From positions 1 through 55,217 of IMG/VR virus record IMGVR_UViG_3300012943_000008: a DNA stretch of 55,217 bases; one strand, given 5' to 3'. The notes beneath the pieces were generated by a model. It searched no databases, was not told the DNA's origin, and saw only the letters and a program-made list of their open reading frames with translations. The translations under genes and the position numbers were made by a program. Positions within the stretch are counted from its first letter, which is position 1. Each line of letters opens with the position of its first letter. Below, piece after piece: positions 40,093 to 49,064 of this stretch. Source of the stretch: a virus. Taxonomy: Duplodnaviria > Caudoviricetes.

Positions 40093-40359
40093 ATGAATTT
40101 CTCCGACGCGCTCGGGATGATCAAATCCGGGCATCGCATGTTTCGCACCGGCTGGAACGGCCGAAGCATGTTCGTGTTCTTGGTCCCCGGATCGGTCTTC
40201 AAGGTCAATCGCGAACCGCTGTTGTCGATGCTCGGCGAAGGGACTGAGGTCCAGTATCGCCCGCATATCGACTTGAAGGCGGCCGACGGCTCAATCGGCG
40301 TGTGGCAACCGTCCATGTCCGACGTGCTCGCCGAAGATTGGGAGCGGGCCGATGCCTAA
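40093..40359 (+). CDS. DUF2829 / Tad2-like anti-defence sponge protein
   Basis: MNFSDAL..IKSG..M.R.GWNG..MFV...WQPSMSDVLAEDW. Confidence 0.85.
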   Translation: MNFSDALGMIKSGHRMFRTGWNGRSMFVFLVPGSVFKVNREPLLSMLGEGTEVQYRPHIDLKAADGSIGVWQPSMSDVLAEDWERADA

Positions 40360-40657
40360 ATTCCGCTCCAAGCCCGTAGAGATCGAAGCGGTGCAACTCA
40401 CGCGCGAGCTCGCCGACGACTGCCTACTCAACGGCAAGCCGCTGCCGTCGGGCGTCATGTTCCGCGGGCAGGTCACGCCGTCGACGAAACAGTGGTTCGG
40501 CAATCTCGTCTGCAACAGCCGGCAAGGCGAAGTGTCGGCGGTCTTCGACGACTGGATCATCGAAGAGCCGGGCGCTCCGGGCCTTTGCTATCCCTGCAAG
40601 CCGGACGTCTTCGAACAGAAGTATGAGCCGGTTGACGCTCCGGCCGAGTCGACATAG
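40352..40657 (+). CDS. Conserved small phage protein (KPVEIEAVQ...YPCKPDVFE family)
   Basis: Characteristic motifs at both ends. Confidence 0.75.
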   Translation: MPKFRSKPVEIEAVQLTRELADDCLLNGKPLPSGVMFRGQVTPSTKQWFGNLVCNSRQGEVSAVFDDWIIEEPGAPGLCYPCKPDVFEQKYEPVDAPAEST

Positions 40658-40856
40658 AAAACCGTCATAACCCCCAGCGAATGGGCAGATAGCGGGCCGG
40701 GTCCGGTGCTCTCGATAGGCCGGAATTTGCGGATGCTGCGAAGCTGCCAACAAGCCTAAGCGAAGCCCGTCACCCGATTGCAAAGGTGGCGGGCTTCGTC
40801 CATCTTGATCGGGCGAATCCATGCATGGGATCGACCCTGATCTTTGGAGGATCAAA

Positions 40857-41156
40857 ATGGCTACCGAACTCCGCTTCCGCCCGATCTTCGCCGGCCTGCT
40901 CGCGTTCATCGTAGGCGCCGCCGTCTTCATCTACGACTCGACTATCAGCCTTGTGACCTATGTCGGCCACTCGCTCTTCGCGCTGCACTGGCGCCCCGAC
41001 GCCTACACGTCGATCGATCTCGACCGCGCCATGTTCGAGGCCAAGCGCCCGCCGCTGCTCGAAGCGATCCGCTCGCGCTGGCTGGCCTTCATCGAACGCG
41101 GCCGCGGGCATCGTGAATATTTCGGCGATCACTACATGCCTGAGTGCGCCGTTTAA
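40857..41156 (+). CDS. Small membrane protein
   Basis: GGAGG RBS; N-terminal TM segment. Confidence 0.6.
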   Translation: MATELRFRPIFAGLLAFIVGAAVFIYDSTISLVTYVGHSLFALHWRPDAYTSIDLDRAMFEAKRPPLLEAIRSRWLAFIERGRGHREYFGDHYMPECAV

Positions 41157-41196
41157 GAAATCGAAGCTGGGGTTCTGACGCGCCCCGGTGAGATCG

Positions 41197-41240
41197 AAGG
41201 GTCGCCGTTCTCTCCTGGGTTCGGCGGCCCTTTTGTTTTG
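41197..41240 (+). terminator. Rho-independent terminator with a CU-rich 14-nt loop
   Basis: AAGGGTCGCCG / CGGCGGCCCTT stem followed by TTGTTTT. Confidence 0.8.
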
Positions 41241-41283
41241 TCCGGTGCTCCGGTAGGTTCGCGGCCTCACCGTGTGGGGCAGC

Positions 41284-41583
41284 ATGGTCTTACCGAAACC
41301 GGACTACACCGAAGAATCCGTGCACGCGATCCGAGACATGATCGCCGGCAACGCGTCGCCGGATCAGCAGCGCAAGGGGATGAACTTCATCCTCTCCGAG
41401 ATATGCCATATCTTCGACTCGCCCTATGTCGAGAAGGGCTCCGATCGCGATTGTTTCGTGATGATAGGCCGGCATCAAGTCGGCGTGCTGATCACCGCCA
41501 CACAGACAAGCCAAACCCTCGAGGCCGCGCGGGCTCGCGATCTCGAGCGAGCGAAACCCCGGCCCATCAAGCGAGGCACCTAG
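41284..41583 (+). CDS. Bbp19-like protein
   Basis: G.ASPDQQ..GM.FI...F..GR.QVG motif directly before the scaffold gene. Confidence 0.6.
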   Translation: MVLPKPDYTEESVHAIRDMIAGNASPDQQRKGMNFILSEICHIFDSPYVEKGSDRDCFVMIGRHQVGVLITATQTSQTLEAARARDLERAKPRPIKRGT

Positions 41584-42645
41584 TTGCGCAACTCCCATTT
41601 CCGTCTCCCCCTTCCCCTGCCCTGGCCGGTGTTCGCGCCCGAAGGCGATCCCGCCCCGACGCCCGCTCCATCGCCTGCGCCGGCACCCGCCCCGGCTCCG
41701 GCACCAAGCCCAGCGCCTGCACCGTCGCCGGCGCCCGCTCCCGCCCCCGCCCCTAGCCCAGCGCCGGCGCCCGCTCCAGCACCCGCGCCTAAGACGGCGA
41801 TCGAAGGCGATCCGGCCGCGCTCCCCGACGTCAAAAGCGTAACGACGGATTTCCCCGACGACTGGCGGGAGAAGCTTGCGACCGGCGCCGATGGCAAGGT
41901 CGACGAAAAGGCGCTCGAGCAGTTGAAGCGCGTCAACTCGCCGAACGATCTCTGGAAGAATTACCGGCAACTCGAGGGCCGGCTTACGTCGGGCAAGAAA
42001 GACTTGCCCATGCCGGACGAAAAGACCGATCCGGACGGTGCGAAGGCATGGCGCGAAGAGCGAGGCATCCCGGCCGATCCGACGGGCTATGTGATCCCCG
42101 ACGCGGTGAAGGCGAAGCTCCTGCCCGAAGACGCGCCGGTCATGGCGGCATACACGGCGTTCGCGCACAAACAGGGCGCCTCGGCAGCGGAGGTCGCGCG
42201 CGGTGTCCAGTGGTACACCGAATTCGCAGAAGCCCAGGCCGCGGATCAGAACGCCCGCGACAAAACGGCGGCCGACGACACGCAAGAAGTGCTGCGCCAG
42301 AAGTGGGGCTCGGCCTATCGCGATCAAAACGGGCTGGCTCAGAAGTTCGCCACCGAAGCGATCCCCGACGTCGAATGGTTCAAGGCTCGCCTGCCCGATG
42401 GCCGCGCGCTGGGCAATATCCCCGAAGTGGTGGAGGCGTTCGCTCGCCTTGGTCGACTCGAGTACGGCGATATCACCTTCGCCGGCGGCGAGGCTGCAAA
42501 GGCGGTCGCCGGTCGCAAGGAAGAGCTCTCGAACATTATGAAAACGGATTGGGAGCGCTGGAACGCGCACCCCGAACTCCGCAAGGAATATAACGACATT
42601 CTCGCCGCCGAAGATCGCGCCAACGCCAATCGTCGCCCCGCTTGA
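41584..42645 (+). CDS. Capsid scaffolding protein
   Basis: (PA)n N-terminus, DWRE, GIP.DP.GY, LRQKWG..Y motifs; precedes the capsid gene. Confidence 0.75.
   Translation: MRNSHFRLPLPLPWPVFAPEGDPAPTPAPSPAPAPAPAPAPSPAPAPSPAPAPAPAPSPAPAPAPAPAPKTAIEGDPAALPDVKSVTTDFPDDWREKLATGADGKVDEKALEQLKRVNSPNDLWKNYRQLEGRLTSGKKDLPMPDEKTDPDGAKAWREERGIPADPTGYVIPDAVKAKLLPEDAPVMAAYTAFAHKQGASAAEVARGVQWYTEFAEAQAADQNARDKTAADDTQEVLRQKWGSAYRDQNGLAQKFATEAIPDVEWFKARLPDGRALGNIPEVVEAFARLGRLEYGDITFAGGEAAKAVAGRKEELSNIMKTDWERWNAHPELRKEYNDILAAEDRANANRRPA
41650..41790 (+). repeat. Pro-Ala coding tandem repeat with diversified codons
   Basis: PAPTPAPSPAPAPAP... at the start of the scaffold protein. Confidence 0.9.
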
Positions 42646-42838
42646 CGGCGAGATTTCCGGTATAGTATCGCTCGCATATCAGAGGGGCAGGTTTCGGCCC
42701 GCCCCTCGCCGACTGTGAAGCGCCTAGACTGGCGTGCGGACAACCCACGGGGCAGGTGGCGCCGCACCATAGCAGGACAACCTACACGGCTTGGCAGGAA
42801 CCGATCCCTGTTGAACCCCGCTCGTGTAGGAGCCCCCA

Positions 42839-43678
42839 ATGGCTGTCCAGGCCGCAATTACCCAGTTCCGTCAGGAAACCGTTGCCCAGTTCGAACAGAC
42901 GGGCACCCAGCTTGCGATGGCGACGACGAAGGAAACCGTTCGCAACGGCCTGTCGTCCGTCTTCCTCGTGTCCGGCTCGGCCGGCGATACCGCCGTCACC
43001 CGCGGCGCCAACGGCGATATTCCGTTCGGCGGCCCGCAGAACTCCCAGGTGACGATCACCCTCAAGGAAAAGCACGCCGCCAAGGAGCTTACCGGCTTCG
43101 ACGTGTTCGCTTCCCAGGGCAACCAGGCCGACGGCCTGCGCAAGATGGTGATGAACATCATCCATCGCGACCAGGATTTGGTGATCCTCGCCGCGCTGGC
43201 CGCCGCTACCCAGGACTTCGGCACGGGCGTCATGGACCTTACGACGGTCCTCGGCGCCACCGCGATCCTCGGCAACAATCAGGTTCCGACCGATGAAGTC
43301 GACAATATGTTCGGCATCATCAGCCCGGCCGCCAACGCCTACATGATGCAGTTCCCGGAATTCTCGTCGGCTCAGTACGTCGACGTGAAGCCGTTCGCCG
43401 GCGGCATCAGCAAGAAGTATAAGCGCTGGGCCGACGTGAACTGGATCGTCTCGCCGCTTGTGACCGGCATCGGCACGGCCTCGGAAATCCTCTACATCTT
43501 CCACCGCGCTGCGATCGGCTACTCGGCCGCGCTGGGCGAAGAGAAGGTCTATGCGGATTACGAGACGAAGCACGGCCGTTCGTGGGCTCGCGCTGAGCTC
43601 TTCCACGAAGCCGGCCTTCTCCAGAACAGCGGCGTGATCAAGATCACGCACAACGGTTCGGCCTTCGCCGCCACCTAA
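42839..43678 (+). CDS. Major capsid protein
   Basis: QFRQE....FEQ, AVTRGANGDIP motifs; strongest codon bias; follows the scaffold. Confidence 0.85.
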   Translation: MAVQAAITQFRQETVAQFEQTGTQLAMATTKETVRNGLSSVFLVSGSAGDTAVTRGANGDIPFGGPQNSQVTITLKEKHAAKELTGFDVFASQGNQADGLRKMVMNIIHRDQDLVILAALAAATQDFGTGVMDLTTVLGATAILGNNQVPTDEVDNMFGIISPAANAYMMQFPEFSSAQYVDVKPFAGGISKKYKRWADVNWIVSPLVTGIGTASEILYIFHRAAIGYSAALGEEKVYADYETKHGRSWARAELFHEAGLLQNSGVIKITHNGSAFAAT

Positions 43679-43742
43679 CCCAGCGAACCCGTAAGCTCGG
43701 CGGCTCACCCCGCCGGGCTCGTGCAACAAGGAACCTCTCCAA

Positions 43743-44006
43743 ATGGCTTACGCCGATGGCACTCTCTCCAAGCTCGCGGGCAACGGTCCGAACGGTTCGC
43801 AGCTTTGGGTCTATACCTCGCCCGACGTTCACACCGACGTCGACGCGGCCAACTACTTTCCCGGCACCGGCCCGACCAGCGTCGGCTTGCGCGTCAACGA
43901 TGTGGTTATCGTGGTCAAAACCACCGCCACGATCGGCGCCACGTTGCACGTTGTGACCGAAGTTTCGTCGGACGGCGCGACGGTCGCTTCGGCGATCCTC
44001 GCGTAA
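43743..44006 (+). CDS. Small capsid-associated protein
   Basis: AAGGA RBS; Y.S.D....VDAANYF..L.VNDVV motif; follows the capsid gene. Confidence 0.65.
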   Translation: MAYADGTLSKLAGNGPNGSQLWVYTSPDVHTDVDAANYFPGTGPTSVGLRVNDVVIVVKTTATIGATLHVVTEVSSDGATVASAILA

Positions 44007-44056
44007 TCAGCTTTCTGGCGTTTCCGGGGCACTGCCTCCGCCGCGGCTTTGTCAGA

Positions 44057-44099
44057 GAGAGGGCGGGCGCCTTTAGGGGATGCCCGCCCTTCTTGTTTT
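44057..44099 (+). terminator. Terminator after the capsid operon
   Basis: AGGGCGGGC...GCCCGCCCT followed by TCTTGTTTT. Confidence 0.75.
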
Positions 44100-44142
44100 C
44101 GGATATCTTCCGGCCGCGTCACTCAACACCTTGCGAGGCAAA

Positions 44143-44700
44143 ATGAACGCTACCGCGACGGCCGCACGGCCCGAACCGAAAATCCCGACGATCCCGAAGC
44201 GCCCGCCGGCACTCGGCGCGAACATGCTCAAGACGGCGGCCCATGAGCGCGGGCACTTCTTCTGCACCGTACCGATCGGCACCACGCTCGAGATCGTGAC
44301 GACGCCCTCCTACTGGCAGAACCATACCGGGCCGCTCGGGCTGGGGCCGGGCGCGCGTCCCTGGGCGCGAATCGAAGTGGTCAGCGAAGACGGCGAGCTC
44401 GATTGCGAACTGCGCGTGATCAAGGTCGCGCCGGGCATGGCAAAGGTTCGCGTGCTCAACGTCTATGCCAAGGGGCCTGCCGCCGCGGTCGACGACACCG
44501 CCAAGGGCAAGGTCGACGATGAAGTGCCGGCGCTGCCCGAAGGCTACAAATGGTTCCACGCGCCACGCGGCGAAGGGTCCGGCCACGGAATCCGCCTGCC
44601 GAATGGCGACATTCTCGTGCGCGGCCTGCTCACCCGCAAAGAGGCGCACGAACGGGCGATCGCGCATTTCACCGAAGCCAGCGCGGCGGCTCAGACCTAA
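44143..44700 (+). CDS. Hypothetical virion-module protein
   Basis: GAGG RBS; lies between head and tail genes. Confidence 0.65.
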   Translation: MNATATAARPEPKIPTIPKRPPALGANMLKTAAHERGHFFCTVPIGTTLEIVTTPSYWQNHTGPLGLGPGARPWARIEVVSEDGELDCELRVIKVAPGMAKVRVLNVYAKGPAAAVDDTAKGKVDDEVPALPEGYKWFHAPRGEGSGHGIRLPNGDILVRGLLTRKEAHERAIAHFTEASAAAQT

Positions 44701-44721
44701 CACTCACCGATCGGGGCGATC

Positions 44722-45351
44722 ATGGTTACCAAGCTCGAGCTCTACAACATGGCTCTCGGCCACCTGGGGCCGGTGCGGCTCGGGACTTCCGGATTGACCG
44801 AAAATCGCCCCGATCGGCGCGAACTCGATGCCGTCTATGACGGCGTGCTGCAAGGCATGCTCGAGCGCGGACTGTGGTTCTTCGCGCTGCGTTCCGTGCT
44901 GCTCGAGCCCGATAGCAATGTCGATGCTCGGTTCGGCCTGCCCTATACCTACAGCTTGCCTGAGGACTATGTGCGGCTCCGCGCGATCTGCACCGATGAG
45001 GCGCAAACCAGCGAAGACACGTCCTACAAGCGCGAGGGCGCCTATCTGTTTTCGGAGCACGCTGAACTCTATCTGACCTACGTCTCCAACGACGCCGAAT
45101 GGGGACTCAACCTGGGGCGCTGGCCGCAACTGTTCGCCGAAGCCGTCGCCGCGGAGCTCGCCTATACGTCGGGCCTGCCGATCACCAAAGATGCCGGCAC
45201 CAAGGCCGGGCTGTTCGGGGTCAAGAAGCTGGCGCTCCGTGAGGCTCAGCGCGTCGATGCCGTCGACGAAAGGGTGAAGTTCAAGCCCGTCTCGAGCGTC
45301 GTGCGGGCGCGCATGGGCGCCGATCGTAGCCAGCGCCGCGCGAGGGTCTGA
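44722..45351 (+). CDS. Tail tubular protein A (adaptor)
   Basis: YNMALGHLG, WFFALR, YSLPEDYVRL motifs. Confidence 0.8.
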   Translation: MVTKLELYNMALGHLGPVRLGTSGLTENRPDRRELDAVYDGVLQGMLERGLWFFALRSVLLEPDSNVDARFGLPYTYSLPEDYVRLRAICTDEAQTSEDTSYKREGAYLFSEHAELYLTYVSNDAEWGLNLGRWPQLFAEAVAAELAYTSGLPITKDAGTKAGLFGVKKLALREAQRVDAVDERVKFKPVSSVVRARMGADRSQRRARV

Positions 45352-45353
45352 GC

Positions 45354-48131
45354 ATGGCCCGGATCGATGTTCTGCACCACGCGCTGAATGTCGGCGTCGT
45401 CGATGCCGACAAGCTGCACCGCGTCGACGTCGAGCGGATGCGCCTCGCCGCCGAATTTCAGACAAACATGATGGCCGATACCGTCGGCAAAGGCTTCATG
45501 CGCGCCGGCACAGAATACCTCGCCACGCTGCCCGACGACTTCCGACCGATCGAATTCATCGCCGGCAACGATCAAGCCGCGCTGCTCTGCCTCTACGATG
45601 AGGAAATGCGCGTGCTCGATGGGCAAACCGATGAGATCGTGACTCGAGTCGCGGTGTCGACGTCTGTCGTTGATGGTGACTTTTCGGGCTCGACCGGATG
45701 GACGCTCGCCAGCACGGCTGGGCAAACGACCGCGATCTCGGGCGGCAAGCTCAACCTCACCGCTCGAGCGCATGGCGGCAAGGCGAAGGCGACGAAAACG
45801 ACGTCGATCGCTGGCGGCGATGTAGGGGTCGAGCATGGCCTTCGGATCGTGGTCGACCGCGGCCCGGTGCAATTCCGGCTGGGCTCAGCGTCGGGGCTCG
45901 ACGATCTGATCAAAGCGACCGACCTTCGCTCCGGCGAACACTCACTGGCCTTCACCCCGACAGGTTCGAATATCTACATCGAGATTTCCAGCGAAGCCCA
46001 AGTCTTGCGGATCGTCGATTCAATCCAGATTGAAGCGGCCGGCGTGATCTCGCTGCCCACGCCCTGGCCGACGGCCGTTCTCGATTATATCCGCACCGCG
46101 CAATCGCTCGACGTCATGTTCTGCGCCTGCGAGGGCTACAAGGAACAGCGAATCGAACGGCGCGGCGATCGCTCCTGGTCGGTTGTCGATTACGATCGCG
46201 AAGACGGCCCGTTCCAGGTTGGCCGCACCGCCGAAGTGACGCTGACGCCTTCGGTGCTCGAGGGAAACGGCACGCTCACCGCCTCGGCCGCGTTCTTCAA
46301 ACCGGAGCACGTCGGCGCGCTTTTCGGCCTGTTCCACGAAGGGCAGGCGATCGACACGTATGTTGCTGGCCCCAATCAATTCACGCCGGCATTTCTCGTC
46401 TCAGGGATCACCGAATCCAACTTCGAAGAGCGCAAATTCTCGGTGACGATCTCTGGAACCTGGTCAGGCACGCTGCGCCATCGACGCTCGTACAATGGCG
46501 AGGACGGCGCCTATCACGACTTCCGTCGCGAACAGGCCTCGGCGACGATCGACATCACGTCGAACGCGACTTACGCGAACGATGACAACGACGACAATTA
46601 CGACATTTGGGTGAAGATGGGCTTTCCCGCCGGGCTCTACACGTCGGGCGAAGCGCGGATTCAGTTCAGCTATCCGAACGGTGGCGGCTATGGCATCGCT
46701 CGCGTCGTCGGGTACACGTCCCCAACCGTCGTCGACATTGAAGTGCTGACCCCGTTCAAGGGCACCGGCGCCGTGACCAACTGGCGCCAAACCCGATATG
46801 ACGGCGTGATGGGATATCCCGCGGCCGTCGGGTTCGTCGACGGCCGCCTGTCCTGGGCCGGCAACGATCTGTTCGACGCCTCGATCTCCGACGCCTTCGA
46901 TAGCTACGATGAAACCTTCGAAGGCGACGCCGGCCCGATCTCGCGCTCGATCGCGCTGGGCGGCCGCAACGACGCGCGATGGATGCTACCGCTCGCCTCG
47001 CTGATGATCGGGTGTGATTCGCGCATTGCGAACGCCCGCGCCTCGGCGCTCGAGGAAGTGGTCACGCCGGACAATTTCGGCATGAAATCCTCGGGCAAGG
47101 TTGGCGCCGCACCGGTGTCGCCGGCGGAGCTCGCCGACGATCGCGCCGTGTTCGTCGAGCAGGCCGGCAACTCGCTGTATGAGATCACCTGGTCGGCGGA
47201 AAAGGGCCGCTATGTGGTGGCGCCGTTCTCGAAACTGACGTCGAAGCTTTTCGAGCTCGGGATCACCTCAATCAACGTCCAGGTCCGGCCGGATCAGCGC
47301 ATGTGGGTGGGCGCCGTCAATGCCGATGCGGCGTGCATCATCTTCGAACCGTCCCAGCAAGTGCTGGCGGCGCATATCCCGATCTCGACGTCGCGCGATG
47401 ATCACTTCTTCCGCCGCTTCGCCGTGCTGCCCGGGCTCAAGCAGGATCGCGTCTATGCCGCGGTGCAACGCGTGATCGGCGGGTCGACCGTGTACATGCT
47501 CGAGAAGTTCGCGCGCGACGACGAAGCGGCGGTCGACACGGTGTGCAAGGTCATGGATTCGCACGTCACCGGGACGGGGGCGCACGCGACGACGATCGGC
47601 GGGCTCGATCACCTCGAGGGCGAAGGGGTTGTGGCGTGGGTCGACGGCGCGCCCGTTCTCGATCCTTCGATCACGACGCCCGGCGAAGACGACTCGATGG
47701 TCTTCACCGTCACCGGTGGCGAGATCGAATTGCCTGAGGCGGTGACGGGGGGGTACTGCGTCGGCCTCGCCTATGACGTGAAGTACAAGTCGGCGCGCCT
47801 TGCGTATGGGGTGGAAGGCTACACGCCGATGCTCAAGAACAAGGCGCTGGCGCGCCTCGGCCTCATGCTGGGTGACTATGTGCGATCGGGCGTGAAGTAC
47901 GGCACGGTTCGCGGCGGCAAGGGGCGGTTCGATGCGCCTTGGAACCTGCCCGACCTATCGCCTGCCACGGGGGACGTTGCCGAAGAGATCGTTGCCGGCC
48001 CAGGCGATGACGAATGGCCGGTTTCCCCCGGCTCAGAGATCGACCTTGATATCCGCGTGTGCGTAGCTGGGCGCTCACCGAAACCATTCTCGATTCTGTC
48101 ACTTGTCCTCGCGATCGAAACCTACCGCTAA
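45354..48131 (+). CDS. Tail tubular protein B (nozzle)
   Basis: 925 aa beta-rich; AQSLDVMF, GYPAAVGFVDGRL, GLDHLEGE.V..DG, VGL.Y. Confidence 0.85.
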   Translation: MARIDVLHHALNVGVVDADKLHRVDVERMRLAAEFQTNMMADTVGKGFMRAGTEYLATLPDDFRPIEFIAGNDQAALLCLYDEEMRVLDGQTDEIVTRVAVSTSVVDGDFSGSTGWTLASTAGQTTAISGGKLNLTARAHGGKAKATKTTSIAGGDVGVEHGLRIVVDRGPVQFRLGSASGLDDLIKATDLRSGEHSLAFTPTGSNIYIEISSEAQVLRIVDSIQIEAAGVISLPTPWPTAVLDYIRTAQSLDVMFCACEGYKEQRIERRGDRSWSVVDYDREDGPFQVGRTAEVTLTPSVLEGNGTLTASAAFFKPEHVGALFGLFHEGQAIDTYVAGPNQFTPAFLVSGITESNFEERKFSVTISGTWSGTLRHRRSYNGEDGAYHDFRREQASATIDITSNATYANDDNDDNYDIWVKMGFPAGLYTSGEARIQFSYPNGGGYGIARVVGYTSPTVVDIEVLTPFKGTGAVTNWRQTRYDGVMGYPAAVGFVDGRLSWAGNDLFDASISDAFDSYDETFEGDAGPISRSIALGGRNDARWMLPLASLMIGCDSRIANARASALEEVVTPDNFGMKSSGKVGAAPVSPAELADDRAVFVEQAGNSLYEITWSAEKGRYVVAPFSKLTSKLFELGITSINVQVRPDQRMWVGAVNADAACIIFEPSQQVLAAHIPISTSRDDHFFRRFAVLPGLKQDRVYAAVQRVIGGSTVYMLEKFARDDEAAVDTVCKVMDSHVTGTGAHATTIGGLDHLEGEGVVAWVDGAPVLDPSITTPGEDDSMVFTVTGGEIELPEAVTGGYCVGLAYDVKYKSARLAYGVEGYTPMLKNKALARLGLMLGDYVRSGVKYGTVRGGKGRFDAPWNLPDLSPATGDVAEEIVAGPGDDEWPVSPGSEIDLDIRVCVAGRSPKPFSILSLVLAIETYR

Positions 48132-48591
48132 ACTCGAGATCGATCCGCTCACCCTCGCTGAGCTCGAACGGATCACGCAACGCCCCGTCACCTTCCCCAT
48201 TGCCGCATGGGGCGGATATCGCACTGTGCGCAAAAAGCGGAAGCTGGTCGCATATGGCGGGCTCGCGTGGCGCTTCATCCCTCCAGGGCAAGAACGGCCG
48301 CGCTGCGATATCTTCCTCGATGTGGTGGACGGCAAGTTGCTATCCGGCCTCACCCTAGTCCGCTGGGCTCAGCGCATGTTAAGGGTGGCCGTGCAAATGG
48401 GCGAAGAGGCGGTCTATTGCATCCGGGACGATGAGCCCAACAGCGCGCGGCTGCTCGAGCTCGTCGGCATGACCCGGATCGAAGACGTGGCGATCAAGTT
48501 CGACGACGGGTCGAAGCGCACGGGGGAGATATACGTATGGCGTCGCTCGCAACTATCGCCGCCGTCGTCGGGATCGCCGGCACAGCCGTAA
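48103..48591 (+). CDS. GNAT-fold-like protein after the nozzle gene; start uncertain
   Basis: LVAYGG and NSARLLELVGM motifs; T7 gp13-like position. Confidence 0.45.
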   Translation: MSSRSKPTAKLEIDPLTLAELERITQRPVTFPIAAWGGYRTVRKKRKLVAYGGLAWRFIPPGQERPRCDIFLDVVDGKLLSGLTLVRWAQRMLRVAVQMGEEAVYCIRDDEPNSARLLELVGMTRIEDVAIKFDDGSKRTGEIYVWRRSQLSPPSSGSPAQP

Positions 48592-49064
48592 GCGCCGGCG
48601 CCGCGGTCTATTCCGCATACAACACCTATCAGCAAGGCGTCGCTCAAAAGCAGGAGTTCGATCGGCAAGCGGCGGTCGATGAGGCGCACGGCCGGGCGGA
48701 GGGCGCTGCGGCACAGCGCGACGCCGAACAGCGGCGCCGTGAGGGGCGGTTGATCATGTCTCGCCAGCAAGCGATTGCGGCCGCCAGCGGCGCCGGCTCG
48801 GGCTCGGATGCGCCAACGATCGAGAAGATCATGTCGGACACCGGGCGGCTTGCGGAAACCGGCGCGCAATCGATCATGTATCAGGGCGAAGCCCGCCGCG
48901 ACGATTACTTCAACTCCGCCAGCGCACGGCGCACGTCGGGGCAGAACAATTTCTTCGGCTCGATCCTGCGCAGCGTGGGCACGCTCGCGGGCGGGATCGG
49001 CCGGCTCGGTGAAACGTCTGATCGCTGGGGATCGCAAATCAACTATCTGACCGCTGGGGCATAA
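48537..49064 (+). CDS. Small internal virion protein
   Basis: Hydrophobic Ala/Gly N-terminus; QQAIAAASG motif. Confidence 0.7.
   Translation: MASLATIAAVVGIAGTAVSAGAAVYSAYNTYQQGVAQKQEFDRQAAVDEAHGRAEGAAAQRDAEQRRREGRLIMSRQQAIAAASGAGSGSDAPTIEKIMSDTGRLAETGAQSIMYQGEARRDDYFNSASARRTSGQNNFFGSILRSVGTLAGGIGRLGETSDRWGSQINYLTAGA

Noticed and set aside
43660-43745. Capsid readthrough or frameshift extension
   Set aside because: Clean TAA stop, no slippery heptamer, and the next gene has its own RBS
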